From: Paraspadella gotoi | Lineage: Eukaryota; Animalia; Chaetognatha | NCBI GenBank assembly: GCA_051294375.1 | Contig: CM119264.1 | Span: 15,338,196-15,402,195 of the forward strand | Length of the DNA: 64,000 nucleotides | Direction of reading: 5' to 3' | Shown: one piece after another, positions 37,824 through 48,973 of the stretch | Numbering within the stretch: the stretch's first letter is position 1 | How the letters are laid out: each line of letters begins with the position of its first letter | Position numbers and translations under genes: made by a program | Notes under the pieces: generated by a model | What the model saw: only the letters and a program-made list of their open reading frames with translations | Database searches by the model: none | What the model was told of the DNA's origin: nothing

Positions 37824-38309
37824 TTCGCCGTCAATGGCGTCCACCCCACAAGAGCCTCGACAATACTGGACATTGCCCTGTACGGCCTATGCAGTTAAAA
37901 AAACGTTGAAAAACTTTATGCCCCGATCTCTACCTCAAACGCCACTGAATCGCCGGTTCGGATCTTCTTTCCGCACCATTACTTCCTCTCTGCGGGTTAT
38001 TCAGCCTACCTGTTCATCCAATATAGCGGATCTTCCTATCAATACTACGTCAGAAAATTGTTTTCATAGAACTGTAAAAAATTCCGCTAAAAAATCGTAC
38101 TTGGCTGCAACGCCGTTAACAAAAAACTCCCATTCAATTTGCGATGGCAACGTTGAACCAAATTGCAACGAATCGTGTCTGACGACGATTTTAGCACAGT
38201 TTTCTTTAACAGAAGCATTGCTTTATCAGGACGGAATATTACTTTCTGGTTCTTTAAAGGCGCTCATTCAGCATCTCGTTCCCACAGAAGTCTACTTTCC
38301 CGAAAAAAC
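37824..38309 (+). CDS. RASGEF1: RASGEF1-family exon, start of REM domain
   Basis: Ends LLYQDGILLSGSLKALIQHLVPTEVYFPEK, matching recalled RASGEF1B LLSGSLEALIQHLVP; donor ac|gtaaaa. Confidence 0.9.
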
Positions 38310-38330
38310 GTAAAAGTTTAAACATTTTAA

Positions 38331-39405
38331 GGCATTCCTGGAGATCAATGCCCTCTGGAGGCCTATGGGAAAACAAAGAGCAAGGTTTTTCTTAAAGAAT
38401 TAACGGGAAAAAAGAAGAACGAAATAGAAATAGAAATAGAACGTTAGAGGATAACGTTTCGGGGAAAAAAATAAAGGAATTCAGATATAATTTTTTTTAA
38501 TATTTTTTATTTTTGTTATATGAAATTGGTACAACCAATATATATTTGGGTAAAAATTAAGGTTAAAATAAATTATGGTTAAGAATAAATTAAGAATAAG
38601 TGTAAGTTAACTAGAAAAATAAATTAAGGTTAAAAATAAGTTAGGGGTAAGTTAGGGTTAGAGGTAAGTTAGGGTTAGAGGTAAGTTAGGGTTAGGGGTA
38701 AGTTAGGGTTAGGGGTAAGTTAGGGTTAGGGGTAAGTTAGGGTTAGGGGTAAGTTAGGGTTAGGGGTAAGTTAGGGTTAGGGGTAAGTTAGGGTTAGGGG
38801 TAAGTTAGGGTTAGGGGTAAATTAGGGGTAGAGGAAAGTTTGGATTAAGGGTTAATTATGGGTAAATTAAAGTTAAATTTAAGTTTTGGCTTAAGTATAC
38901 AATAATTTAATATTTTAAAAAAAAATATTTAAATATTAATATAAATTTAATAAAAATAAATATATTATATAATATTTACATTTTTATTTATGATTACAAT
39001 GGTCATTTAATAATTCAGAGAGAGAGAGAGATATCAAGGTTAAAATTGCCTATCTCTCTATCTCTCAAAGTTAGTATCCAAATATTTATTAAAAATATTA
39101 AAACTGGTTGATGAAGGTTCAAAAAACAAGAACCAAAACATATCCTAATTATTAAATGATCGTGGTTATCACAAATAAAAACTGTTATTTTGTAAATATC
39201 TATCAAAGGCAATTAAAAAAATATTATAATTAATTTTTTGAAAGAAAAAGAAATCCTTAGCTCGTGAAGCTTAAAAACGTGTTTAATATCATTGTTGTTA
39301 CGGTCTTAAATTTTTTTTTCCGTAAAGAAACGAACTTCATTTTTTCCTCTTCTTTCTCTTCCTTTTCCCATAAGCCTCCAGAGCGAATTCAACTCCGGGA
39401 TCGCC
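38331..39405. mobile_element. Merlin-like MITE with internal telomere-like array
   Basis: GG...CC ends, ~44-bp imperfect TIRs, 8-bp TSD cattttaa, internal (TTAGGGTTAGGGGTAAG)n at about 38641-38830. Confidence 0.8.
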
Positions 39406-40851
39406 CATTTTAAAAATGTTATTCAATTCATGGTAAAATTGTCAATAACTGTTTACGATATTCCCGGTCGGTGATTTAGGGGTAGTTTAGGGTTAGGGAA
39501 ATTAAGTAATTTTTTTTTATTTATTTTTTTTTAAATAAGAATTTTTAAGTGGTTAAGCTTTCAATCAAGTTTCTCACACAGTCTAATTTTTCTACTTCCT
39601 GAGTACCATGCTTTCTTATCAATGAAGTGATATAATACTTTAAAAAATGTTTCAATTGTATGAGATCGCGAAATATTTTATTGTACTCTGCACTAGTATC
39701 AAAATATATATATCTTGAAATTAGTTCATTAGTATTATTTATTTATTTTATTTATTTGCTAATTTGTACCATTTTGATTGTATGCAAATTTAGAAGTTTC
39801 TTTATTCTTTATACATATAAAATATAAGTGGGAAGGAGGCCTTAACCCGCCGTAGCTATCAAAACAACTAAAAAGGTAAAGATAGTAAAATATGAGATTT
39901 GGGAATTAAGGGAATCAGTGTTAGGTGACGGTGTATACTAAATTTTTCTAGTAAATCTTTTTATCGTCGCAATCGCTTAGCGTTTGCGACGATATTGTAT
40001 CGCTTTTGCCCATAAGTAGGGGGAGACTAACTCAGTAAGGTGGTTAAGAAATTGCATTAAGCACCTGCTCAAACGAAAATTTAGACATTTTTAAAAAAAT
40101 CTTTTTTTACCTAAAAGTAGACTTCAAGAATAAAGTTTTGAACCCCCGCCCCTATTGAATTTAATTTCATAGTAGATTTCTACCATAAGTGGCGTCGTCG
40201 TTGTCGTCGGCGTTCTAAATTATAGATCGCCTTTTTTATGATTAAATTTAGGTGTATGAAGCTGAAAATTTATATACAGCTTCTCATCATCGATGTGCTT
40301 AAAATTGGGTCAGGACAGTTATTAAATATGTTTTGTTTACATTTTATTAAAACAAACAAATTTTCTCTTTTATTTTTATATTTCTTTCTCTCTCTCTCTT
40401 CTCTTTTAATTACATGTCTCTGTCCCTCTCTTTTTTCCCTAGTCACTGATTCATAGGGGAAAAAACGAGTCTGCAGCTGGCTCTGCAGGGGATTATTCTT
40501 TTTCTCTCTTTTCTGCTGCTGCCTTTTGATTTCTTTTTTTTCTGGGTGCTTCTTCTGCTGCCGCTGCTGATTCGTCTGAAAACGATTTGGCTTCTCTCTC
40601 TCTTTTTTTCTCTGGGGCTGTGTCTGCTGATCAGTTTATTTTTTTCCTTTCTATTCTTTCTTTCCTTTCTATTCTTTCTTTATATTTATTCTTTTCTTCT
40701 TTTTCTTTCTGTTTATAAATTTTTTTTTCTCAAATTTGATTTTTTTAGTATCAAAATTTGTCATCAATCCAGATTTTTCTTATGCGATTTTGACGATCCT
40801 TATGCTTTTGAGATTTTTTAACAATTCATCGATTCATTTTTTTCCTTCTAG

Positions 40852-40942
40852 GTACGTCTTTGCGTTTCTTCTGACATCTCGTCTTCATATTCCGCCCAAT
40901 GAACTTTTAGAAAAAGTGGCGTCGATTTGCGCTAATCAGCAG
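40852..40942 (+). CDS. RASGEF1: RASGEF1-family exon (REM)
   Basis: YVFAFLLTSRLHIPPNELLEKVASICANQQ; tctag| acceptor, |gtacaa donor. Confidence 0.92.
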
Positions 40943-41039
40943 GTACAAAAGATCCTACTGTGGCGGTATATTCATTTCAGTCAATCCAATGGCTCCCAAC
41001 CCAACCGTGCATTTTAACCTCAGTCCTAACGAGTTTCCT

Positions 41040-41117
41040 CTGTTGGCAAAGTGAGACCGTTCTAGGGTAACTGCGCCAGTGGCGCTACTGAGGGTTGGAA
41101 GCCCCTAAAGCCAACAG
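41040..41117 (+). ncRNA. Type-P5 twister ribozyme (weak P2)
   Basis: ctgttggc aaa GTGA GA CCG TTCTAGGG TAA CTGC GC cagtggcgctactg AGGG TTGGAAGC CCCT aaa gccaacag. T1 TGG/CCG, T2 GC/GC. Confidence 0.75.
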
Positions 41118-41734
41118 TGAAATACCCCATCCCAATGGGCATGACAGGCAAACCGGTTGTTGCTATACTAGTTTCTTTTTAAGCCTTACTTTTACTAATA
41201 CTTTCACTAATTCACTGCCTTGAATGTCTACACCGGCTTAATTTTCATTGGTATAAGGATGTTAGGAGTGGTTAGGGGTTTTTTATCGTCACAATCGCTT
41301 AGCGTTTGCGACGATGTTGTAACGCTTTTGCACATTAGTGGCGTCGTTGTCGTCGGCATTCCAAATTATAGACCGCCTTTTTTATGATTAAATTTGGGTG
41401 TATGAAGCTGAAAATTTATATACAGCTTCCCATCATCGATGTGCTTAAAATTGAGTCTGGACAGTTATTAAATATGTTTTGTTTACGTTTTATCAAAACG
41501 AACAAATTTTTTTTTTTATATTTCTTTCTCTCTCTCTTCTCTTTTAATTACATGTCTCTCTCCCTCTCTTTTTTCCCTTCGTCACTGATTTATAGGAAAA
41601 AAACCGAGTCTGCAGTGGCTTATTCTTTTTCTCTCTTTTCTCCTGCTGCTTCTGCTGCTGCCTTTTGATTTCTTTCTTTTTTCCTGGGTGCCTCTGCTGC
41701 TGCCGCTGCTAATTCGTCCGAAAACGATTTAGCT

Positions 41735-41765
<31 letters not shown>

Positions 41766-41806
41766 CTCTCTCTCTTTTTTTTTCAGGGGCTGCGTCTGCT
41801 GATCAG

Positions 41807-42421
41807 TAGAGTGATGTGAAAATGATAAAGTTTTAGAAAATTAAAATTTAGCATATAAAACGTGAAAATAAAAACCATTAAAAATATTTTAGTAAATTTA
41901 TTTTTTATTATATACATTAGTGGGCACCAGTGAGCTACATTTATATATAATAATAAGTTTATAATGGCTAAAATTTCAAAATACAAATTTTTGAATTTTA
42001 AGATTGGATTTGGATTCCTTGCAAAAAGTTAATATATAAAAATATAATTCTTTTTTAAAAATTCTTTCATTAAGACTTAATGAAATAATTTAAGTTGGTC
42101 AAAAATTTAAAACTATATTTAAGATGCCGATTTTTAGTTTCGAGTTTAAAAATGTAGATTTTTATAATTTTAACTTACTTAAAGACATAATTTTTAAAAA
42201 AGATTTATATTTTTTTTAAACAACTTTTAATAAGGAATCTGAATCAGTTCTCAGAATTTAAAAAAAACATTTTGAAATTTTGACATTATATAAGGGTAAT
42301 ACTATATACAAAAATTTATATATATTTATAAAAAAAAATAATTATAGATTAGTATTCATTAATATAATAGTTTTCAAGATATAACTGCTAAATTTTGATT
42401 CCAAACTTTCACTTCACCCTA
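41807..42421 (+). mobile_element. hAT-like MITE family B
   Basis: 8-bp TSD ctgatcag; the empty site is visible in the paralogous repeat at about 40627. Confidence 0.9.
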
Positions 42422-42439
42422 CTGATCAGTTTATTTTTT

Positions 42440-42650
42440 TCCTTTCTATTCTTTCTTTCCTTTCTATTCTTTCTTTCCATTTTTTCTTTCCTTTCTATTC
42501 TTTCTTTCCTTTCTATTCTTTCTTTCCTTTCTATTCTTTCTTTCCTTTCTATTCTTTCTTTCCTTTCTATTCTTTCTTTCCTTTCTATTCTTTCTTTCCT
42601 TTCTATTCTTTCTTTCCTTTCTATTCTTTCTTTCCTTTCTATTCTTTCTT
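42440..42650 (+). repeat. 18-bp tandem repeat (ttctttcctttctattct)n
   Basis: Directly visible; also at about 57975-58110. Confidence 0.9.
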
Positions 42651-43967
42651 TATATTTATTCTTTTTTTCTTTTTCTTTCTGTTTATAAATTAATTTTCTT
42701 TTTTCAAATTTGATTTTTTTTAGTATAAAAATTTGTTATCAATCCAGATTTTTCTTATGCGATTGCGACGATCCTTATGCTTTTGAGATTTTTACCGTCT
42801 TTTTGTGTAGTAAAATTTCAATACATTGTTTTACCAACTCGGCAATGAGACCCTTAGACAAAGTTAATCATCAGTTGATAAATAGTTTTGTCGCGACTGC
42901 TGAATTTGACATAATCCTGACACATGATTCATTTTTATAATTGTTATTTATATTGTGATTGATTCATAATATATAGTATATATATATTAGAGTGATGTGA
43001 ATATGATAAAATTTTAGAAAATAAAAATTTAGCAGATAAAATAAAAACCAATTAAAATACTTAGATAAATTTATTTTTCAATTTTATATATTAGTGGGCA
43101 CCAGTGAGTTATATTTATATATAGTAGTAAGTATATAATAAGTTAAAATTTCCTTACAAAAAGTTGATATAAGAAAGTATAATTCTTTTTTAAAAATACA
43201 GCGGTCATGCACTGATTCCGATTCTGTTTGGTTTAGCCTCTCTTTCAAGCAAATAGCGAAAAAAATAAATTGACGTCATAGTAAGAAATAATAGCAATTA
43301 ATCCAAATTTTTTTCTCAAAATTTATCATCATTTTTGTTTCTTACTGCTTTTGCCAAACATGCCCTTTAAAATTATAAAAATAAAGATTAACTAATGAAA
43401 CTAGTCTTAGGTACATTTCGTTGATGGTACAAAGAAAATTCATTGATATCATAGTCTCAATTCGGAGCCTTGAAATACCTCATTTTCTTCGTAATTTACC
43501 CCTTTATTGATAAAGGCCTTGTATTATAATAAAAAATGAAAACAACAACTTAATCATACAGCTACATGCATTAGCGTGTTATTCAAAGATTAGTGGTTTT
43601 TTTAATAGAAATAGTTTATATTAATATAGCTAATGGGCAATATCCAAAGGTTTTAATTTGCACCTGAAGATGACCACAATTTAAAAATCTGATAATACAG
43701 TCTTTTAGCCCTATCTATGTCAGTAGTTTTTAAAACACGGGGAACAAAGTTTGAAGACCTAAATTTTCATATTTAAATCAATGTTTTTTAAGGTTGCTCC
43801 ATGATTTTTTACTTATTTTTTTTTTTTTAACAAAATGATAATTTATTATCCTGAGTAATTATATAAACGTTTCAGGTATAGAAAATCTTTGTTTACATAA
43901 GAAACATAATTCAATCTTTTCTCTTTCAGAATCTATAATTTTTTATTTTTTTTAATACGGCCAAGTA

Positions 43968-45361
43968 TAGGAAGCCGCTTAAGAAAAAGAAGCCAGTGAC
44001 TTTTTTCTTATATTTTTATATCGATAGATGTGGAATGACGGGAATATTGTAAATCTCAAGTTTCGCTTTAATCGGACCTCACATTGTGGAGAAATCTTAG
44101 GAAACCCATCAAAATTCCACCCCTTTTTTTCAACATTCTCGCCTTTTAAGATTTTTGCCGATTCTGACTTCCTCTTACAAACTTATAATTCCGCTAGTTA
44201 ATTTTTTTTTCTTAAACGAGCGAAGGGAATCCACAACTTTCTGTTATTTTATGATTTCTGGGTAAAAAATATAATAAATTACATTAACATTGGGATATTA
44301 TGAAAGTATAATGTCTTGTGAAGCCTGTGAGAGTTAAATAATTAAAAAATTCGCCTATTTTATTATTGAAAAATAACAGTAAAGTAAAGAAGTTGAATGT
44401 CTTCCGGCTCATTTCAGTAAACATCCCTGTTCTCTAGCATAAAATAATGTTTACTTTTTGCTGGTGGAAAAGAAAGATAAATACTTAGGCTGTGATGGGG
44501 TGAATAATATTTTGTAGAATTTTGTAAGCATGCTTGTAAAATCAGACAAGCAAATATTTAAGTGACAAAAAATTCACATTTTCTTTATCCAAAAAACTTT
44601 AAAGTTTTACTAGAGTACAATTTAGCCTTTTTTCTTTCAGAATCATTAAAAAGAATTAAATTTTCATTTATTCTTATGGGGTGTCATTAGTTTTAAAATT
44701 CATTATAATTTTGACTTAGTTTGACACTCACCCTGTAAGGAGGTTCAGCATAAGTAATTCTAAAATTGTATCTTGTATGTGCCCTATGATTATGGCTTCA
44801 TTTTGGTACTATTACCATCCCTTTATCTTTATTCCTTCAAAAGATATTAGGAAAAATCAGTTTTTTTCTCAACCTTCCTTTTAATTTCTTTTTAAATAAA
44901 AATTTCGCGATTCAAACCGGACATATTCATTTAAACCTGATCATTTTATGTCAAAATCATTATAAAATGAAAAAAGAAAAATAGGACAAGCTCTTAAGAC
45001 ACAAAGCTATCAGAATCGCGAAATTCGAAGTCGCTCATGTAACAGGAACATATAGCAATCCCGTTTGCAATTTTAAGTTTGTAAACTTTCCCTTTCATTT
45101 CTATAGTAAAAATGAGGTTTGAAAATTCTCCGGAGATGAGTAGTGCATTTCCCCTGGCTTGTTTGATATTAAATCCTTTATCAAATGCCATAAAATGAAT
45201 AGGACAAGCTCTTCAGATGTAACGCTCTCGGAATCGTGTGTTTTACAAGTGTTTTTTAACCGAATTTCTGGCAAACGCGTTTGCAATTTGGGTAGTCAGA
45301 TTTGAACGGAATTCTCTATTAGAAAAATGTTGAATTTTTTTTTAAGCGAGATTCTCGTCTA
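43968..45361 (+). mobile_element. Same 1.4-kb element
   Basis: 7-bp TSD ccaagta. Confidence 0.85.
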
Positions 45362-45571
45362 CCAAGTATGTTTAATTTCAAAAGTTGTGTATACTTTTGA
45401 CTAAGATTCCGATACAGAATAAAGAAAAAATTATATGGAAAAGATGCCCCATAATTATGGCTGTAATATGATACCAGTCTCATCGTTCTATCATTTTTGG
45501 TTCAAAAAATATCAAAGAAAATCAATTTTTTTATTACCAATTAAGTCACTCGGCCGAAGCTAAAAATTTAA

Positions 45572-46449
45572 GGGGACCAAGTGAACGGGGGGGGTAAAAA
45601 GCTGAAAACGTAACGTTTGACCCTTTAACTTAAGCTGGTTCTGATCATATAATTTTTTCTTCTATAATCATTTGGGAAAGTAGTTAAAAAATTCGATAAA
45701 ATCAGCAAGCTTAATTTTCTTTAAAAAATCGGTAAGAAGAAAATCTTTTTCAAGTTTAAAATTTTTTTTTTCAAAAAAGGGTAAGATCTAATTTTAAAAA
45801 GATTTTCAGCTTTTATCATAAAAATTTATAAGAAAAAAAACTAGGAATGAATCAAAATTTAAGGTATCGACTGATTTTATTTAAACTCTTTTCAAATGAT
45901 TCCGTTAATTGGATGAAAATAAAACTCTTTGAAGTAATATAAATATATAAAGAAGAGAAAGATTCTGTACTTTTGCTAAATTTTTAATTGTTATAATTAG
46001 GAATCAATATAGTTTAATTATACATTTAAGGGATGAATATGAATATTAATTAATAATTATTACAGTTTTGTTTCTGTAAGAATAGAATTTAGGTTTGATT
46101 TGTCTGCTTTTAAGTAAATATAAAAATAAAAAAATATTAGTCTTGTAAAGCCTTTGTTCAATGAGGCTTAAACCTAAAATTATAGCTTTGTACAGTAAAA
46201 AATAAAAAATTGGAATTTAGTAAAAAATACTTTCTAATGCAAAAATAAAATAATGGATTATATAAATATTTAGGTAGGGTTAACTAAATTTTTTTTTCAT
46301 AATTATTAAATTTTTGTTTCCGCTAGAATAAGAGATAGGAATTTTTTTGCCACTTTCCCGTGCAAAGAAAAATTAATGACTATCACCATTCAAATTCCTT
46401 TGATGATAGACCCTTAAGCTTATGATATCATTTTTATCACTGGGTCCCC
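45572..46449 (+). mobile_element. TTAA-targeting MITE (Kolobok-like), second copy
   Basis: TTAA TSD; the empty site is visible at about 53463. Confidence 0.82.
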
Positions 46450-46910
46450 TTAAGTAGAACCAAAAATAAAATTTAACGAACGCAGATTTGTTTTAAAAAT
46501 TGGGCGTGAAAAATGACCATTTTTTGTGAATTATTTTTCAATGCGTGAATAAATTGATTTAAAATGTTGCATCAACAATATTGACATCATTTCCTATCAG
46601 TAAATGTAAAAATATTTAAAATAACATTATAAACGACCAGGTAACTTGCCTATCTAAACTACTGGGAGTTAGAAAATAAAAAAGTCAGCGATTTTTTTAC
46701 CAGAATGCAAAATCTGAAGTTGCTATAACAAATAGTTTAGCCACAGTATTTGATCCTTTCATTTCACTCCCATTTGAAATCCGTGTAAAATTTAAATGGA
46801 AAAAACAAGTTTGAGCAAACAATGTCGGATCTGCCTACGATAAATTAGTGGTAATCAGCTATTCGGATGATGAATAGCGATAATTCTTTTTCTTTTTTCT
46901 TCCAAAACAG

Positions 46911-47109
46911 AAGTTTTATCTGCCGAAAGAATTGAATGCTTCAGATTTTGAAGTCGAAGTTATTGCCAAAAGTTCATTCAAGGATTTTGCCGTATACATC
47001 GTCAAACTCCTTAACCAGTGGACAACCACCTTCCCGCAGGATTTTCGAAATGAGACTACAATGAGAAATTTGATGGCATTCACCAAGGCTCTTGAGCAAC
47101 ATGATAAAC
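46911..47109 (+). CDS. RASGEF1: RASGEF1-family exon (REM)
   Basis: IVKLLNQWTTTFPQDFRNETTMRNL. A phase-1 donor c|gtgcgt is required to join the next exon across a 77-nt intron. Confidence 0.88.
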
Positions 47110-47186
47110 GTGCGTTTATTAAGGTACCCTATTATGCTTGGCCTCCGGAATAATAAATTAATAACCCCAACCCATTGAAAAAGCAG

Positions 47187-47438
47187 GTTTATGTTCAGAG
47201 CTTAGCCAAATTCGCGCAAACCTTCTTGCCCGACTTTCAATATGGGATTGTCAATCTTCTCGCCTATCAACCTTCGCTTCTGTGCCGCCACGACGAACAG
47301 CCCCTGCGCTACATGTGACCAATCACCTTTTCGAAATTTCTAAGGATCCTAAGGAAGTGGCCCATCAACTCACTCACCTTGAGTTAGACAGAATCAAATC
47401 TATTGGACCTGAAGAGTTTGTCACTACTTTAGCTAAAG
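47187..47438 (+). CDS. RASGEF1: RASGEF1-family exon, start of CDC25 GEF domain
   Basis: KDPKEVAHQLTHLELDRIKSIGPEEFVTTLAK; |gtgagc donor. Confidence 0.92.
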
Positions 47439-47849
47439 GTGAGCATTAAAATGAAACAAGTTTGAGCAAACAATGTCGGATCTGCCCACGATGATTTAGC
47501 AGTAAACCGCTAACACGGTTCTTTTTAGGAGGAAAAAGAAAATCGACATAAACCATTTCTGGAAAGATGAAAACCTGAAAGGTTGCTGTCAGGGGAAAAG
47601 CTTAGGCTAAGTAGAACAATTTTTTCAAACTCATTTTTTTTATTGCAGTTGAAGTTGGTAAGTTAATTTTAGAGAAAAATTGATAACTTTTGTAATAATT
47701 TTGCAAAATATAGTCTCAATTCAAACATCTATATGTCAAACGATATCAGTAAACCGAAAGGTTCAATTTAAGAACACTCCCAACTTTTTTCGACTATTTG
47801 TTTAGAGAAAACAAAGTGTTTTTGTATTTATTACAACGATTTATTTGAA

Positions 47850-47899
47850 TAGATGGACATGTTTCGACTCTTTGGGTTCGAGTCTTCATCAGCATTTAA
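47850..47899 (-). ncRNA. Minimal type-I hammerhead ribozyme (Penelope/retrozyme style)
   Basis: Minus strand: taaatg CTGATGA a GACTC gaacccaaa GAGTC GAAAC AT GTC catcta. Intact core, palindromic stem III ACAUGU, predicted cut 47856/47855. Confidence 0.88.
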
Positions 47900-48973
47900 A
47901 ATTCACAAACTTTTCAGTTGTTTACATTGACTTTGGAGAGAAAAAAGGTGAGAGAGAGACAGACAGAGAGAGAGAGAGAGCTTCCAACAAAGAATTGAGT
48001 AAAGGTCAGTGGTCAGATGTGAGGACAGGTGAAAGTGAGGGAAGGGAAGGAGAGTAAGTAAATGTGAAATTTGGTGAAAAGAGAGAAAGAGAGACAAAAA
48101 TTAATACATTTGGTAATGTACAACAGCGAAAAAGAAATAAACTAAAAGTAAATAACAAAGATTAATAAATAATTGTTTGTGAAAATTAGAGATTTTGAAT
48201 TAATGAAAAATTGAAGAATTGAAATTTGAAATGGAAGAATAAGTTATGAGGGATAGATAAAATAAAGGTAAGGGAAAAAATAAGGTGAGAAAGAGCTCAA
48301 AATGAGCTGGCCCCCCCTGGCAGGGCAAATGAAGGGCGTTAACAATGAGCTCGGGTCATTGGCTTGTAATGGGTTGAGAGGATATTGTGGTGGAGTGGGA
48401 GAGGTTGGGATCTGGCAAGGATCCTGCTGGAAATATGCCAAGCGCCACTCGAATATCTCTGACCTGATAAGCCTGCCGAGAGCCCTCCTCTCACCTGACC
48501 GTGAGGCGGGCGGTTGTCTGTTCTGGCCTGTTTAGAAAAAGGAGATACAGACTCCCCTCCCTCCTCCTGCAGCTGTCGCTTTGGGCGGCGCTCAGTACGA
48601 GGAGAGTCGTACCAAGTTCACCTTACTAAACATTCACAACATACCATAATTCTAAGTACTATTACAGATATAACTATATAACTATATATATAACTACTAT
48701 ATGATATCTATTTACACTATATTATACCTATGTTAACAACCAATGATAACCATATTGACCACAACAATTATAATGACCAAAATAAATTATTCCCACACGC
48801 AAAAACCCCTACTACCACGACTACTACTACAAGCACTATAATAATCAATTAATCATAAAAGACTAACTGTAATATCATTATTTTTTTCAATCTTTAATTT
48901 ATATATATAATTTTTTTTATTGTCATTATATTATTAAATCTCTATGAGAAAATTTTTTAAACCGATATGATAA

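Noticed and set aside
48540-48615. HDV-like ribozyme suggested by a tcctcgt loop motif
   Set aside because: P3, P1 and P2 could not be assembled.
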